Virus record (IMG/VR): IMGVR_UViG_3300010883_027406
Coordinates: 21,365-85,364 of that record
Direction: 5' to 3' (one strand)
DNA: 64,000 bases
Source: an uncultured virus (IMG/VR IMGVR_UViG_3300010883_027406)
Lineage: Duplodnaviria; Heunggongvirae; Uroviricota; Caudoviricetes
Made by a program: the position numbers and the translations under genes. Position 1 is the stretch's first letter. The number at the start of each line of letters is the position of its first letter. Shown here piece by piece: positions 1 to 10,101 of this stretch. The notes under the pieces are model-generated. The model saw only the letters and a list, made by a program, of their open reading frames with translations. It was not told the DNA's origin and searched no databases.

Positions 1-95
1 TTCTATAAACGCTTCTGAAATGACTGAAAACTTTATAATAGTTGAAGTAGAAACTGAAAAATAAGTAAAAATCTAATTGCTTTCTATAATAAGGC

Positions 96-722
96 ATGGT
101 TACTTCGACTGGAAAGGGTTTGAATGTTCTGATTAGGGCTGAATATTCTTTTTCTTCAAATTGGATGTCTTTTGGAAGTTGGTATTCTGTTCAAAAGAAT
201 TTACCTGATGCCAATGTTGCGATTGTTTGCGATGGGGTTTCTGAGTTGAATAATATCAGCGGTTGTTTTGTGTGGACTGGTAAGTTTGGCGTAAATGTTT
301 TTAAGTGTGAGAATTTTGATGATTTTTTTATTAAGTTGTTCGATAGAAAGAATTGTAACTTATTTGATCTTCCTCTTTTGATTTTAGATAAGGGGGTTAT
401 AGTTGTAGACGAACTTTCTAGTTCTGTTTTAGATTGTTTTAATGAGGAAAACATTTTGTCTGATGATTTTGTTATGTTTTTAAAAGATAAAAGTTTGAAA
501 AAAGATTTTTTAAATAGAAAATTTAAAGATTTTAGGTTTTCCGCAGATGTGGAAAGCGATGTGGATTCTTGTTTCGTTTCTTTTGGAGAAAATTTTGTTC
601 CGCACGAATGGATACATAGTAATAAAGTAGGGTTTTATGAAGATGTTTGCCCCAGCAACTTTAATGAAACGAAAGTTTGGGACATTTGGAGCCAAGCAAG
701 AGGGGCCTTCTCGGTTGTTTAG
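96..722 (+). CDS. hypothetical protein
   Basis: 208-aa ORF in a run of + genes; TATAAT 5 nt before ATG; no family recognised. Confidence 0.7.
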   Translation: MVTSTGKGLNVLIRAEYSFSSNWMSFGSWYSVQKNLPDANVAIVCDGVSELNNISGCFVWTGKFGVNVFKCENFDDFFIKLFDRKNCNLFDLPLLILDKGVIVVDELSSSVLDCFNEENILSDDFVMFLKDKSLKKDFLNRKFKDFRFSADVESDVDSCFVSFGENFVPHEWIHSNKVGFYEDVCPSNFNETKVWDIWSQARGAFSVV

Positions 723-727
723 GATAA

Positions 728-1018
728 ATGATGCGTAATTTTTTTAACGATTTTGACAATGATAATGACGAAGATGAATTGGAGTTTTTTATCCCACAAG
801 GAGAAGAAGGCATTCCTTTAGATAGGTTGGTTGTGGACTTGTTTCAAAATGGTTTAGATACTTATAATTTGAAGATGCTGGAGTTATCTGTTGAAATATC
901 CAGCAAGTCGTTTTTCTGGAGATTTAAATCTGTAGAAAAAAAGCTTAAAATGATTATCACGATTTACAAAAGTTTAAGTTTTATCATGAATGAGGATTCT
1001 ATTGAGAATGAGGAGTAA
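728..1018 (+). CDS. hypothetical protein
   Basis: 96-aa ORF, AGGA upstream, tightly packed with neighbours. Confidence 0.7.
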   Translation: MMRNFFNDFDNDNDEDELEFFIPQGEEGIPLDRLVVDLFQNGLDTYNLKMLELSVEISSKSFFWRFKSVEKKLKMIITIYKSLSFIMNEDSIENEE

Positions 1019-1020
1019 TA

Positions 1021-1350
1021 ATGCCACTTTATGAATTTAAGTGTGACAAGTGTGATGTTGTTTATGAAGAGTTGACTAGTTATGATAAAACGGAAAAGTA
1101 TGATGGAATTTCGTGCCCGGATTGTGGTTCTAAAAGTAAAATAAAATTAATTTCTGGTTGCGGAGTCGCTTTTGGCAATCCTAAGGACACCAGCAAGTGG
1201 GATAGTCGTTCTTATCGTGCTGGCCACAATCATGAGCGGGCAAAGGGCGAGCGAAGACACGCAGAGGCTAACTCTCATATGGGCACCAATCCTTATGGAA
1301 AGTCAGGAGATAATCTTAATGTTAGCGGTAGCGAACACATTGATCTTTAA
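1021..1350 (+). CDS. FmdB-family zinc-ribbon protein
   Basis: MPLYEFKCDKC...CPDCGS...KLIS signature; GAGGAG SD. Confidence 0.85.
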   Translation: MPLYEFKCDKCDVVYEELTSYDKTEKYDGISCPDCGSKSKIKLISGCGVAFGNPKDTSKWDSRSYRAGHNHERAKGERRHAEANSHMGTNPYGKSGDNLNVSGSEHIDL

Positions 1351-1437
1351 AATGATTGATTTTCAGTATTGATTATTAATTAAATTGAAAATATACTTAT
1401 TAAATTGTCGTGGATTTGTTTTTAAAAGGAACTCCTA

Positions 1438-3534
1438 ATGCCATCGAAAACGGTTAAAAATTCAAAATTGGATAAAGTTGCGAAGAGCTTTGATATAGAA
1501 GAATTTAAGGTTCTTCATGAAGAGATGACTTTTTCTGAATATCTAGAAAAGATACATGAAAATCCACTTCTCATTAGAACAGCATATCAAAGATTGTATG
1601 ATATGATCATGGAGAAGGGATTCACGGAGTTTGAGCGGTATAGAAAAAAGCTTAATCGTTATCATTTTTTTGAAAATGAAAAAATTCCTATTTTTGGGTT
1701 AGAAGAAACACTTGATAACTTTGTTAAATTTGTCAGAGGGGCCGCAGGCGGGTACGGGACTGAAAAACGTGTTTTATTGTTTCATGGGCCTGTGGGATCT
1801 GCTAAGTCTACTATTTGCCGAGCGATAAAAACAGGTTTAGAGGCATACTCCAAAACGGACGCTGGTGCGTGGTATTCATATAAGTGGATTAATTTGCCTA
1901 CTGGACAAGATGGAATTTATACGCATGACGAAGACGACTGTCCGATGCACGAAGATCCCATCAAGCTTATCCCTGATAAAATAAGGTCTAAAGTTGTTGA
2001 AGATCTCAATGTGATTTTAAGAGAAAATTGTCCTGAAGATAAGAGATCGACTTTATATTCTTTAAAATGTGATGGGAATCTTAATCCACGGTGCAAACTG
2101 TTTCTTGCCGAGATGCTGGACAGATATGATGGAGATTGGAAAAAAGTTGTTAACGAACACATTGTTGTCGTTAGAAAAGTATATTCCGAGGCGGATCGTA
2201 TGGGAATTGCAACTTTTCAGCCTAAAGACGAAAAAAATCAGGATGCAACTGAATTGACTGGTGATATTAATTATGCCAAGTTGCCTCACTTCGGATCTGA
2301 TTCTGATCCTAGAGCATTTAATTTTGATGGCGAGTTTTGTGTGGGTAATCGAGGTGTTGTTGAATTTATAGAGATGCTTAAGTTGGCGCAAGAGTTTCTT
2401 TATGATTTGTTGGGGGCATCACAAGAACGTCAGATTAAACCCAAGAAGTTTGCCCAAATATCTGTTGACACGGTTTTAATAGGTCATACTAACAACCCAG
2501 AATACGAGAAGCTTAAGAGCAATCAGTATATGGAAGCTTTGAGAGATAGAACATATAAAATTGATGTGCCTTATCTTCTTAAGTGGTCTGAAGAGGTTAA
2601 GGTTTTAGAGCAGGATTATGGTGAGGGTCAGGTGCAGCAGCATGTTGCTCCTCATACTTTGGAGATTGCGGCTCTTTGGGCAGTTTTGACCAGATTGCAT
2701 GAAGATAAAGATGGAAAATTATCTTTGGTTGATAAAGCTAAACTTTACGATGGCCGAGCTTTGCCAGGGTGGACTGATGATTCTGTTAAAGAGCTTAGAG
2801 ATAAATATCCTGGTGAGGGCATGAGTGGTGGCGTTAGTGCAAGATACGTTCAAGACAAAGTTTCTAATTGCTTGAGTGATAATCATGCCTATATAAATCC
2901 ATTTATGGTTCTTAACGAGCTTAAAGCTGGGCTAGATCATTCTTCCTTGTTTACCAACAAAGAAGATGTTGCAAGGTATTTGAGTGCTGTGGATTTGACG
3001 ATTAAGGAATATGACGAAATTGTTAAATCGGAGGTTCAAAAGGCTTTGGTTGGAGACGAAGATTCAGTTATTAGACTTTGCTCTAATTACATTGATAACG
3101 TGATGGCTTACATCAATAAGTCTAAGGTTAAAAATCCGTATACGGGACAAGACCAAGAGGCAGATGAAAGATTGATGAGAAGTATAGAAGAAAAAATTGA
3201 TGTCCCTGAACAAGCGGCAGATGATTTCAGACGTTCGTTGGCAGCTTTTATTGGCGATTTGGCTCATAAGGGGAAAGAATTCCAATGGGATTCTAATCCT
3301 CAATTAAAGAAGGCTCTTGAGGCCAAATTGTTTGAAGATACTAAAGATCACATTAAGCTTTCTGCTCTTAATGTAAAGGGGGCAACGGTGGTGGATCAAG
3401 ATCTTCAAGATAAGATAGATGCTATTAAGACGAGACTTGTTAAGCAGTGTGGATATAATGATCAATCGGCTACTGATGTGTTAGATTATGTTGGTAGCAT
3501 ATTTGCTCGTGGCGACTTGGCCGGAAACGAATAA
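1438..3534 (+). CDS. prkA: PrkA/YeaG family AAA+ serine protein kinase
   Basis: Walker A HGPVGSAKST, NRGVVEFIEMLK, EALRDR, APHTLE, GMSGGVSARY motifs; 698 aa; followed by YeaH and SpoVR. Confidence 0.95.
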   Translation: MPSKTVKNSKLDKVAKSFDIEEFKVLHEEMTFSEYLEKIHENPLLIRTAYQRLYDMIMEKGFTEFERYRKKLNRYHFFENEKIPIFGLEETLDNFVKFVRGAAGGYGTEKRVLLFHGPVGSAKSTICRAIKTGLEAYSKTDAGAWYSYKWINLPTGQDGIYTHDEDDCPMHEDPIKLIPDKIRSKVVEDLNVILRENCPEDKRSTLYSLKCDGNLNPRCKLFLAEMLDRYDGDWKKVVNEHIVVVRKVYSEADRMGIATFQPKDEKNQDATELTGDINYAKLPHFGSDSDPRAFNFDGEFCVGNRGVVEFIEMLKLAQEFLYDLLGASQERQIKPKKFAQISVDTVLIGHTNNPEYEKLKSNQYMEALRDRTYKIDVPYLLKWSEEVKVLEQDYGEGQVQQHVAPHTLEIAALWAVLTRLHEDKDGKLSLVDKAKLYDGRALPGWTDDSVKELRDKYPGEGMSGGVSARYVQDKVSNCLSDNHAYINPFMVLNELKAGLDHSSLFTNKEDVARYLSAVDLTIKEYDEIVKSEVQKALVGDEDSVIRLCSNYIDNVMAYINKSKVKNPYTGQDQEADERLMRSIEEKIDVPEQAADDFRRSLAAFIGDLAHKGKEFQWDSNPQLKKALEAKLFEDTKDHIKLSALNVKGATVVDQDLQDKIDAIKTRLVKQCGYNDQSATDVLDYVGSIFARGDLAGNE

Positions 3535-3548
3535 AAAGGAGCATTGTC

Positions 3549-4775
3549 ATGCCACGTCGAATCGAATCTGATCATAAAGACTTTAGGGACGTTGTCTCTG
3601 GCCGTATAAGAAAATCTCTTAAAAAGTATATTAATACGGGCAAGGTTTTTAGAAGAAGATCTAAAAACGGAAAAGTAACAATATCCATTCCTAGAATTGA
3701 TATTCCTAGACTTGTTTTTGGAGACAATGGGGATGGGGTAGGTCGTGGCGAAGGAAAGGAAGGGGACGTTGTAGGCAGAGACCCGCAAAAAGGCAAAGGG
3801 AATAAGGCGGGAGATCAAGAAGGAGAAGGGATATTAATTAATTTAGATCTGGAGGATGTCCTTTATTTCTTGCAGGACGAATTAAAGCTTCCTAACATTA
3901 AACCCAAGCCTAATGAAACTTTTCAAGAAGTTAAACTAAAATATAACAATATTGCTTTGACCGGACCTGAGTCTCTTCGTCATAATCGTCGAACTATGTT
4001 GCAGGCGTTAAAGCGAATGGCCGCAGGCGGCGAGTTAGACAAATTGCATTATATACCTGGGTATTCTGACCCGGTGCGATTAATCACTCCAATCAATTCT
4101 GACCGTCGTTATAAGCAATATACTGAGATTAAAGTTCCTGCTAGCAATGCTGTGATTTTCTTTGCTAGAGATGGTTCGGCTTCAATGGATCAATATAAAT
4201 GTGATATTGTTTCTGATATGTCTTGGTGGATTGATGCTTGGATTAGACATTTTTATGAAAGAGTGGAAAGATGTTATATTTGGCATGACACAGTGGCCCA
4301 AGAGGTAGACGAGGAAACATTTTATAGATATCGTTATGGTGGTGGGACAAAGTGTTCTTCTGCCATGAAACTTATTGGTAAGCAATTTGAGAATAGATTT
4401 CCTCCCAACAAATGGAACATCTATGTGATATATTTTACTGACGGAGAAAATTGGCAAGAAGACAATGCTTCGTTTATAAAGTCCATACAGGATTTAACTA
4501 ATGGTGGGGATGTTAATTTTGTGGGAATCTCACAGGTGATGGCTTATAACTATGAACAAAGTTTAAAAAATACCGTAGACGAATCTTTATCAAAAGGCGT
4601 TCTTGATAAAGATCTGGTGAGGACGACAGATATCTCTCCTGCTGATGGGTTATCGGCTCTTAGTGACGATGAGCGAGACGAGGCTATTAAAAATTCTATT
4701 ATAGATTTGCTGGGTGATGCATCGAAACCTGTTGCAAAGCCTGTTGCTGTTGATCCATCTGCTGGGGGAATTTAA
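3549..4775 (+). CDS. yeaH: YeaH/YhbH (DUF444) vWA-like protein
   Basis: DGSASM MIDAS-like motif, GGGTKCSS, FTDGENW; canonical position between prkA and spoVR. Confidence 0.92.
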   Translation: MPRRIESDHKDFRDVVSGRIRKSLKKYINTGKVFRRRSKNGKVTISIPRIDIPRLVFGDNGDGVGRGEGKEGDVVGRDPQKGKGNKAGDQEGEGILINLDLEDVLYFLQDELKLPNIKPKPNETFQEVKLKYNNIALTGPESLRHNRRTMLQALKRMAAGGELDKLHYIPGYSDPVRLITPINSDRRYKQYTEIKVPASNAVIFFARDGSASMDQYKCDIVSDMSWWIDAWIRHFYERVERCYIWHDTVAQEVDEETFYRYRYGGGTKCSSAMKLIGKQFENRFPPNKWNIYVIYFTDGENWQEDNASFIKSIQDLTNGGDVNFVGISQVMAYNYEQSLKNTVDESLSKGVLDKDLVRTTDISPADGLSALSDDERDEAIKNSIIDLLGDASKPVAKPVAVDPSAGGI

Positions 4776-6376
4776 TGAGCAAGTTTATGCATGGTTCCTC
4801 GGTTTTATTGGGGAACAATACTATTCCAGGTGTTTCAATACCTGCGGAGTTAGAAGTTCTTATCCCTACGATATTGCAGGAATGTCGAGATTTTGGATTA
4901 GACTTTTATCCTACTGTGGTTCAAATGCTCACTTATGACGAGATGAGCGAAATTGCTAGCTATGGAGGATTTCCTGTTAGGTATCCTCATTGGAAATGGG
5001 GAATGGAATACGAGGAGTTGCAGCGTGGTTATGAATATGGGATGCATCGGATATATGAACTTGTCATTAACACATCTCCATGTTACTTATATTGTTTGAA
5101 TTCCAATACTTTAGTTGACAACATCACTGTTATCGCCCATGCGACTGGGCATAATGACTTTTTTAAGAATAATATATTCTTTGCTCCCACTAGTCAAAAT
5201 ATGATGAATCGTTTGGCAAACAATGGAACACGCATTAGAAGATATATGAATCGTTGGGGGAAAGAAAAAGTTACTGAATTCATTGATCATGTGCTTAGAT
5301 TGGATACGTTGGTCGATCCTGTTAATGCTTGGTCTAAAAAAGAAATTAAAGATCCTGTAATTAGAGATTCAAGAGTATACAATCACCCTAAACGGTTAAA
5401 AGTCGAACATGGTTATATGGAGCCATGGGTTAATACCGAGAAATGGATTTCCCGCCAGCATGAGGATATTCAAAGAGGAGAGACAGCCGCAGAGTTAGGG
5501 CTGTTCACAGAGCCGCAGAGAGACATCTTGGGGTATTTAAGAGATTATGCTCCTTTAAAACCCTGGCAGGCTGATATAGTCGCTATGTTGTATGAGGAAG
5601 CTATGTATTTTGCCCCTCAAAGGGCGACAAAGGTTTTGAATGAAGGTTGGGCGAGTACGATTGATTTTGAAATTATGGCCAAGAGAGGCTTTGTGGGATT
5701 GGGCCAAGCAACTCATGATTGTGGAATTATTGATTATGCTCGGCATAAAACTGGAGTGTTGGGCGGAAAATATAGCATGAACCCTTATAAGTTAGGGTTT
5801 TATCTTTTCATGGATATTGAAGAAAGATGGAATAAGGGGAGATTCGGAGCCGATTACGAAAATTGTCAGAATATGAAGCAAAAGGAAAATTGGGATGAAG
5901 GTGTTGGATTAGGCAAAGACAAAATGTTTGAGGTAAGAAAGTATTATGATGATGTAAATGCTATTATGGAATTTTTTACGGAAGACTTTTGTAATAAATA
6001 TGAGTTTTTTGAATGGGAAAAATTTCCTAATGGGGAATACAAGATAAAGAGTCGTGATCATAAATCTATTAAATCTAAATTAGTTCGCCGCCACTTAAAC
6101 GGCGGATTGCCAGCGATACAATTAGTTGATCCTAATTATCAAAACAAACGACGGTTTTTACTCCAGCATCAGTGGGATGGTCGGGAGCTTTATCTTCCAT
6201 ATGTTAAGGCCACATTAACATCCATTTATGCTTTGTGGCAAAGTGATATATTATTAGCTACTAGGAATCGAGACAACGAGGAGATTGTTTATTTTTGTAA
6301 TGGCGTTAATGAAGAGGATGTTTTTGTGCTTACTAGAGAAGAGTGCGAGGGATTATCGTCTGAGTTGGAAGAATAG
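4775..6376 (+). CDS. spoVR: SpoVR/YcgB family protein
   Basis: GFPVRYPHWKWG, IYELVIN, AHATGHNDFFKNN, TKVLNEGWAS, NPYKLG. Confidence 0.95.
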   Translation: MSKFMHGSSVLLGNNTIPGVSIPAELEVLIPTILQECRDFGLDFYPTVVQMLTYDEMSEIASYGGFPVRYPHWKWGMEYEELQRGYEYGMHRIYELVINTSPCYLYCLNSNTLVDNITVIAHATGHNDFFKNNIFFAPTSQNMMNRLANNGTRIRRYMNRWGKEKVTEFIDHVLRLDTLVDPVNAWSKKEIKDPVIRDSRVYNHPKRLKVEHGYMEPWVNTEKWISRQHEDIQRGETAAELGLFTEPQRDILGYLRDYAPLKPWQADIVAMLYEEAMYFAPQRATKVLNEGWASTIDFEIMAKRGFVGLGQATHDCGIIDYARHKTGVLGGKYSMNPYKLGFYLFMDIEERWNKGRFGADYENCQNMKQKENWDEGVGLGKDKMFEVRKYYDDVNAIMEFFTEDFCNKYEFFEWEKFPNGEYKIKSRDHKSIKSKLVRRHLNGGLPAIQLVDPNYQNKRRFLLQHQWDGRELYLPYVKATLTSIYALWQSDILLATRNRDNEEIVYFCNGVNEEDVFVLTREECEGLSSELEE

Positions 6377-6503
6377 TGTGATTTCATAACTTCTTTCATT
6401 ACTAACGCCTTATAATTGTTTTTTTAATTATTTTTTATTCAATTTTTGATACATTATCGAAAATTAAATTTGGTTATCTAAGGTAATTGAGGATGATTAT
6501 CTG

Positions 6504-7190
6504 ATGGTCTATAAGAAAGACGACAAGACTAAAAAGCCGGACATAACGCAAACTCTTAGTGATGTTCATGCCCATTGTGTTAATTTGCATAGTAGGGAAA
6601 TATATTTACATCCTAGGTACTCTGACGATGAAGGTGGCATCGAATATAAGATGGCCACAACCTTCATAAAAAATCTTCATTTGTTGAACCATGGAAGTAG
6701 AAAAAATATTTTGGTTCACATGCAAACGGATGGTGGCTCTTGGGCAGATGGAATGGCAATGTTTAATGCCATCAAATTCTCCAAGTCGCCGGTAACAATT
6801 CTTGCCTACGCTCAGGCGTCATCAATGAGCGGAATATTATTACAGGCAGCGGACAAAAGAGTTTTAATGCCTGATTGTTATTATATGATTCATCATGGAT
6901 CAGTTTATATTGATGATAATTCCATGGCTGCAAGTTCGGCGGTCGAGGTTAATAATAGCCAGTGTAAAAGGATGTTGCAAATATTTTCTGAAAGAGCTAT
7001 AAATGGAGAGCATTTTAAGGATTCGTCTGAACCTCAAGTTACAAAATTTATAGATAAAAAAATTAAGGAAAATAGTGATTGGTATTTAGCTCCTGATGAT
7101 GCTGTTTATTATGGTTTTGCTGACGGAGTTTTGGGGGACGATGGAGTGGAAACATTAGAAAAAATAAGGATTGGTAGAAAAATAAAATAA
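6504..7190 (+). CDS. clpP: ClpP-like ATP-dependent protease proteolytic subunit
   Basis: GGS..G, ASSMSG (nucleophile Ser), MIHHG (His), DWYL....AVYYGFAD (Asp). Confidence 0.88.
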   Translation: MVYKKDDKTKKPDITQTLSDVHAHCVNLHSREIYLHPRYSDDEGGIEYKMATTFIKNLHLLNHGSRKNILVHMQTDGGSWADGMAMFNAIKFSKSPVTILAYAQASSMSGILLQAADKRVLMPDCYYMIHHGSVYIDDNSMAASSAVEVNNSQCKRMLQIFSERAINGEHFKDSSEPQVTKFIDKKIKENSDWYLAPDDAVYYGFADGVLGDDGVETLEKIRIGRKIK

Positions 7191-7751
7191 ATGTCAAAAA
7201 CAAAAATTCCTATTAACGAAAAACCTCCCCATGAACGAGTTAAAGTTGGGAAGAAGAATGAAAAGAGAGTTATAAATTGTCTCAACAAGCATCATAATTG
7301 GAATCTTGAGGAGGCAACAAGAGAAGAAGACAGAATAGAAAAAGTGGATTGTTATGAGGTTTCAAAAACGGGCAAGAGATTAGCTGCCCAAGTGAAAACT
7401 CGTGTTAGTGGAGATGATATATTAGTTGATATTTTTGAGCCTTATTACGGTATAGATGATGATAGAACCAAAAAAGGCCGTGATACATGTAGAGATTATG
7501 ATCTTTATATTTGCCTTTCTAAGGACGGCAAAACTATAAGAGTTGTTAATGGGAAGGCTCTTAAAAGAATGCTTAGAAAGTTGGCTAATAAATGGAAGAG
7601 TGAAAACTGCCGACTTCCATTTACGTTTGATAATGATTGTGAATTTAAATGGCACAGAGACAGGTGGAGTGGCGTTCCTAAATTGTTATGCTTCATTCCT
7701 CCTGAAGTTTTTAAAACCGGCACAGAGATTACTTTTTTTGACATGAAGTGA
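7191..7751 (+). CDS. hypothetical protein, possible PD-(D/E)xK-fold nuclease
   Basis: E...ED..KVD...AQVKTR pattern resembles the restriction-like nuclease core. Confidence 0.5.
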   Translation: MSKTKIPINEKPPHERVKVGKKNEKRVINCLNKHHNWNLEEATREEDRIEKVDCYEVSKTGKRLAAQVKTRVSGDDILVDIFEPYYGIDDDRTKKGRDTCRDYDLYICLSKDGKTIRVVNGKALKRMLRKLANKWKSENCRLPFTFDNDCEFKWHRDRWSGVPKLLCFIPPEVFKTGTEITFFDMK

Positions 7752-7755
7752 AATT

Positions 7756-7911
7756 ATGGATATCAATAAATTTTTGTTCTCTCCTTGGACAATGATTCGG
7801 GTTAACAAGGAAACGTTTTTTAAACAGCACCCAATGAATGATGAGACTAGTTTTGTTTTAATTGAATCTCGTAGTTATATTTACACTCAAAAAGAACAGC
7901 TTTTAAAGTAA
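7756..7911 (+). CDS. small hypothetical protein (51 aa, not in ORF track)
   Basis: ATG..TAA ORF MDINKFLFSPW...EQLLK fills the gap between neighbours. Confidence 0.5.
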   Translation: MDINKFLFSPWTMIRVNKETFFKQHPMNDETSFVLIESRSYIYTQKEQLLK

Positions 7912-7923
7912 GAAGTTTGATCT

Positions 7924-9270
7924 ATGAAACACGAAGTTTGTGGATTTGAACATTTGCATTTGCACACGGATTTCAGCCTCCTAGATGGATTTGGGAAAGT
8001 TGAAGAATATGCTGCTCGTGCCCCAGAGATAAATCAGCAATTTCTCTGCGTAACAGATCATGGGATGCTAGGGGCTGTTCCTCGCCAAATAAAATCTTGT
8101 GAAGAAAATGGCATTAAGCCCATATTTGGCTGTGAGCTTTACGTGAACCCCATGCAGCCTGAGGCAAAAGATTTGTCTGAGTTGCATGCTGTCACTTCTG
8201 AATTTGGCCCAGAGGAAAAAGAAAAGCTTAGAAAGTCTTATCATCTTTTAGCCATTGCATATAATGATGTTGGATATAGCAATTTGGTTAATCTTTGTTC
8301 ATGGGCGTGGCTCAATGGGTATTATTACCGGCCCAGAGTTAATCATGAAATGCTGATGAAACATAAAGAAGGTCTTATTTTTACTTCTTGTTGTATCAAC
8401 AGCGAAATCGGGCAGGCGTTTCTTAAGGAAGGGGAAGAATCTGCCTTTGCTATGGTTGAAAAATATATGGCCATGTTTGGTGAAAATTTTTATCTTGAAC
8501 TTATGATGTTAGATTTTGATAAGCAAAAGCCATATGATAAGTTTATTATAAAAGCTCATGATAAGTATGGGATTCCTATAGAACTTACTCAAGATTGTCA
8601 TTATTGTTATAAAGAAGATTCACACTACCAAAGATTGACCCTGATGATACAGGGGAATAAGACAGTTGAGGATGTTCGAAAAGCAGAAGAGCAAGGGACT
8701 GCGGGAGACATGTTTGAGTTGCAAGATAAGAATCTTTGGATGAAATCTGAGGATGAGCTTAATGAAAAATGGGAAAGCGATTATTCAGATGTTATTGATT
8801 ATGATTTGTTCAAACAGGCTAAAAAAACTACTGTAGACGTTTGCAATAAAGCTAAGGGAGTTGAGTTAGATAGGTCTATTAAATTGCCGCAAATACCTGA
8901 CGCAAATGAAAAGCTTATGGAAGCCATCATCGTTGGATTTAAAAGCAGGAACCTTCCTAAGACTAATAAGTATTTAAGTCGCATTAAGGAAGAGTATGAA
9001 TTAATTTCCAAAAAAGAATTTTCTAGTTATTTCCTTATACAAAAGATGATGACGGATGAGGCCCGTAGGGTGTGCCCCAAGCTTTTGGGCTGGGGGGACG
9101 GGTCAGAGGCAGTTGGTGCAGGTAGAGGGAGTGCTGTAGGGAGTTTGATTTGTTATTGTCTTTATATAACGGACGTAGACCCAGTCCACCATGATCTTTT
9201 GTTTTCTAGATTTATGAGTGAGGCTCGTGGCGGTAAATCTATGAAGCTTAGATTTTCTAAGGTCGGCTGA
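7924..9270 (+). CDS. dnaE: DNA polymerase III alpha, N-terminal fragment (PHP domain plus first palm segment)
   Basis: HLHLHTDFSLLDG, TDHG, KPIFGCELY, YYRPRV, TQDCHY, GAGRGSAVGSL, ITDVDP..HDLLFSRF; ends just before the PDxDxD motif. Confidence 0.93.
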   Translation: MKHEVCGFEHLHLHTDFSLLDGFGKVEEYAARAPEINQQFLCVTDHGMLGAVPRQIKSCEENGIKPIFGCELYVNPMQPEAKDLSELHAVTSEFGPEEKEKLRKSYHLLAIAYNDVGYSNLVNLCSWAWLNGYYYRPRVNHEMLMKHKEGLIFTSCCINSEIGQAFLKEGEESAFAMVEKYMAMFGENFYLELMMLDFDKQKPYDKFIIKAHDKYGIPIELTQDCHYCYKEDSHYQRLTLMIQGNKTVEDVRKAEEQGTAGDMFELQDKNLWMKSEDELNEKWESDYSDVIDYDLFKQAKKTTVDVCNKAKGVELDRSIKLPQIPDANEKLMEAIIVGFKSRNLPKTNKYLSRIKEEYELISKKEFSSYFLIQKMMTDEARRVCPKLLGWGDGSEAVGAGRGSAVGSLICYCLYITDVDPVHHDLLFSRFMSEARGGKSMKLRFSKVG

Positions 9271-9761
9271 TGAAAATAGTGCTAACAGGCGGTACTTTTT
9301 GCAAATCATATTGCCCTCATCAAGGCTCCATGATATTTGATCGTGACAAGGCTCTGGCTGCATTTTATGATATTGTCAAATTTGTTAGATTCATTAATAA
9401 ACCAAAAATTGCTGTATGGGATTTAGTAGATTCTCGTGAAATGCAGACTTCTGATCGAGAAGATCTTTATTGTTTTTGTGAATCATTGGATGATGATAAA
9501 ATTGTTATTGTTCACGGCACAGATATGATGCAATACACGCTGGAACATTTCTCCCAGAAGAAAGATCTGTCAAAAACATTTGTTTTTACAGGATCTTGGG
9601 TTCCTTGGGCACATGACAAATCAGATGCAGTGTTTAATTTGGGCTATGCGATGGCTTGTGCTGATTATAAGAAAAAGGGCGCATACATAGCTATGAATGG
9701 ACATTGTTTTGCTGATGATGTTAAGAAAAATTGGAAAGCACTAAAGTATTATAAGGATTGA
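9270..9761 (+). CDS. short asparaginase-family protein (N-terminal domain only)
   Basis: LTGGTF, HGTDMM, VFTGS, SDAVFNLG motifs. Confidence 0.82.
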   Translation: MKIVLTGGTFCKSYCPHQGSMIFDRDKALAAFYDIVKFVRFINKPKIAVWDLVDSREMQTSDREDLYCFCESLDDDKIVIVHGTDMMQYTLEHFSQKKDLSKTFVFTGSWVPWAHDKSDAVFNLGYAMACADYKKKGAYIAMNGHCFADDVKKNWKALKYYKD

Positions 9762-9765
9762 AGTT

Positions 9766-9957
9766 ATGAAAATAACAATAGAATCTCGTGGAGAGTTGCC
9801 CAATAACTGTAAGGGTTGGGTTGTTAAGATAGAAGATGGAGAATATGTGCAAGAGACGGCGTTTTCTTTGTTTGAAGAAGTATCTGCTTTTCTTGAAGAT
9901 GGTTTTTGCGTGGACGACCCTGATCGATGGATGGAAGGTTTGGCCGGTAAGCCTTAA
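9766..9957 (+). CDS. hypothetical protein
   Basis: 63-aa ORF directly after the asparaginase-like gene. Confidence 0.6.
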   Translation: MKITIESRGELPNNCKGWVVKIEDGEYVQETAFSLFEEVSAFLEDGFCVDDPDRWMEGLAGKP

Positions 9958-10101
9958 TTAATTATCTTCTTTTTTAAAAGAGACTGACTCAAGCCTCTGT
10001 TTCTCGGCGTTCCATTTACACTCGTAGATCTTTTGGGGCTTGCGCCCTCCTTCCTCTTCAATCTTATCTTTTTCTTTTTTAAATGATAATATTTTAGTCA
10101 T
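9958..10101 (-). CDS. small hypothetical protein (47 aa, not in ORF track)
   Basis: MTKILSFKKEKDKIEEEGGRKPQKIYECKWNAEKQRLESVSFKKEDN; ATG overlaps upstream stop (ATGACTAA). Confidence 0.6.
   Translation of the reverse strand: MTKILSFKKEKDKIEEEGGRKPQKIYECKWNAEKQRLESVSFKKEDN

Noticed and set aside
4775-6376. Sporulation gene implying a Firmicute chromosome
   Set aside because: The SpoVR/YeaH/PrkA trio is widespread in non-sporulating bacteria and the context lacks cellular operons.
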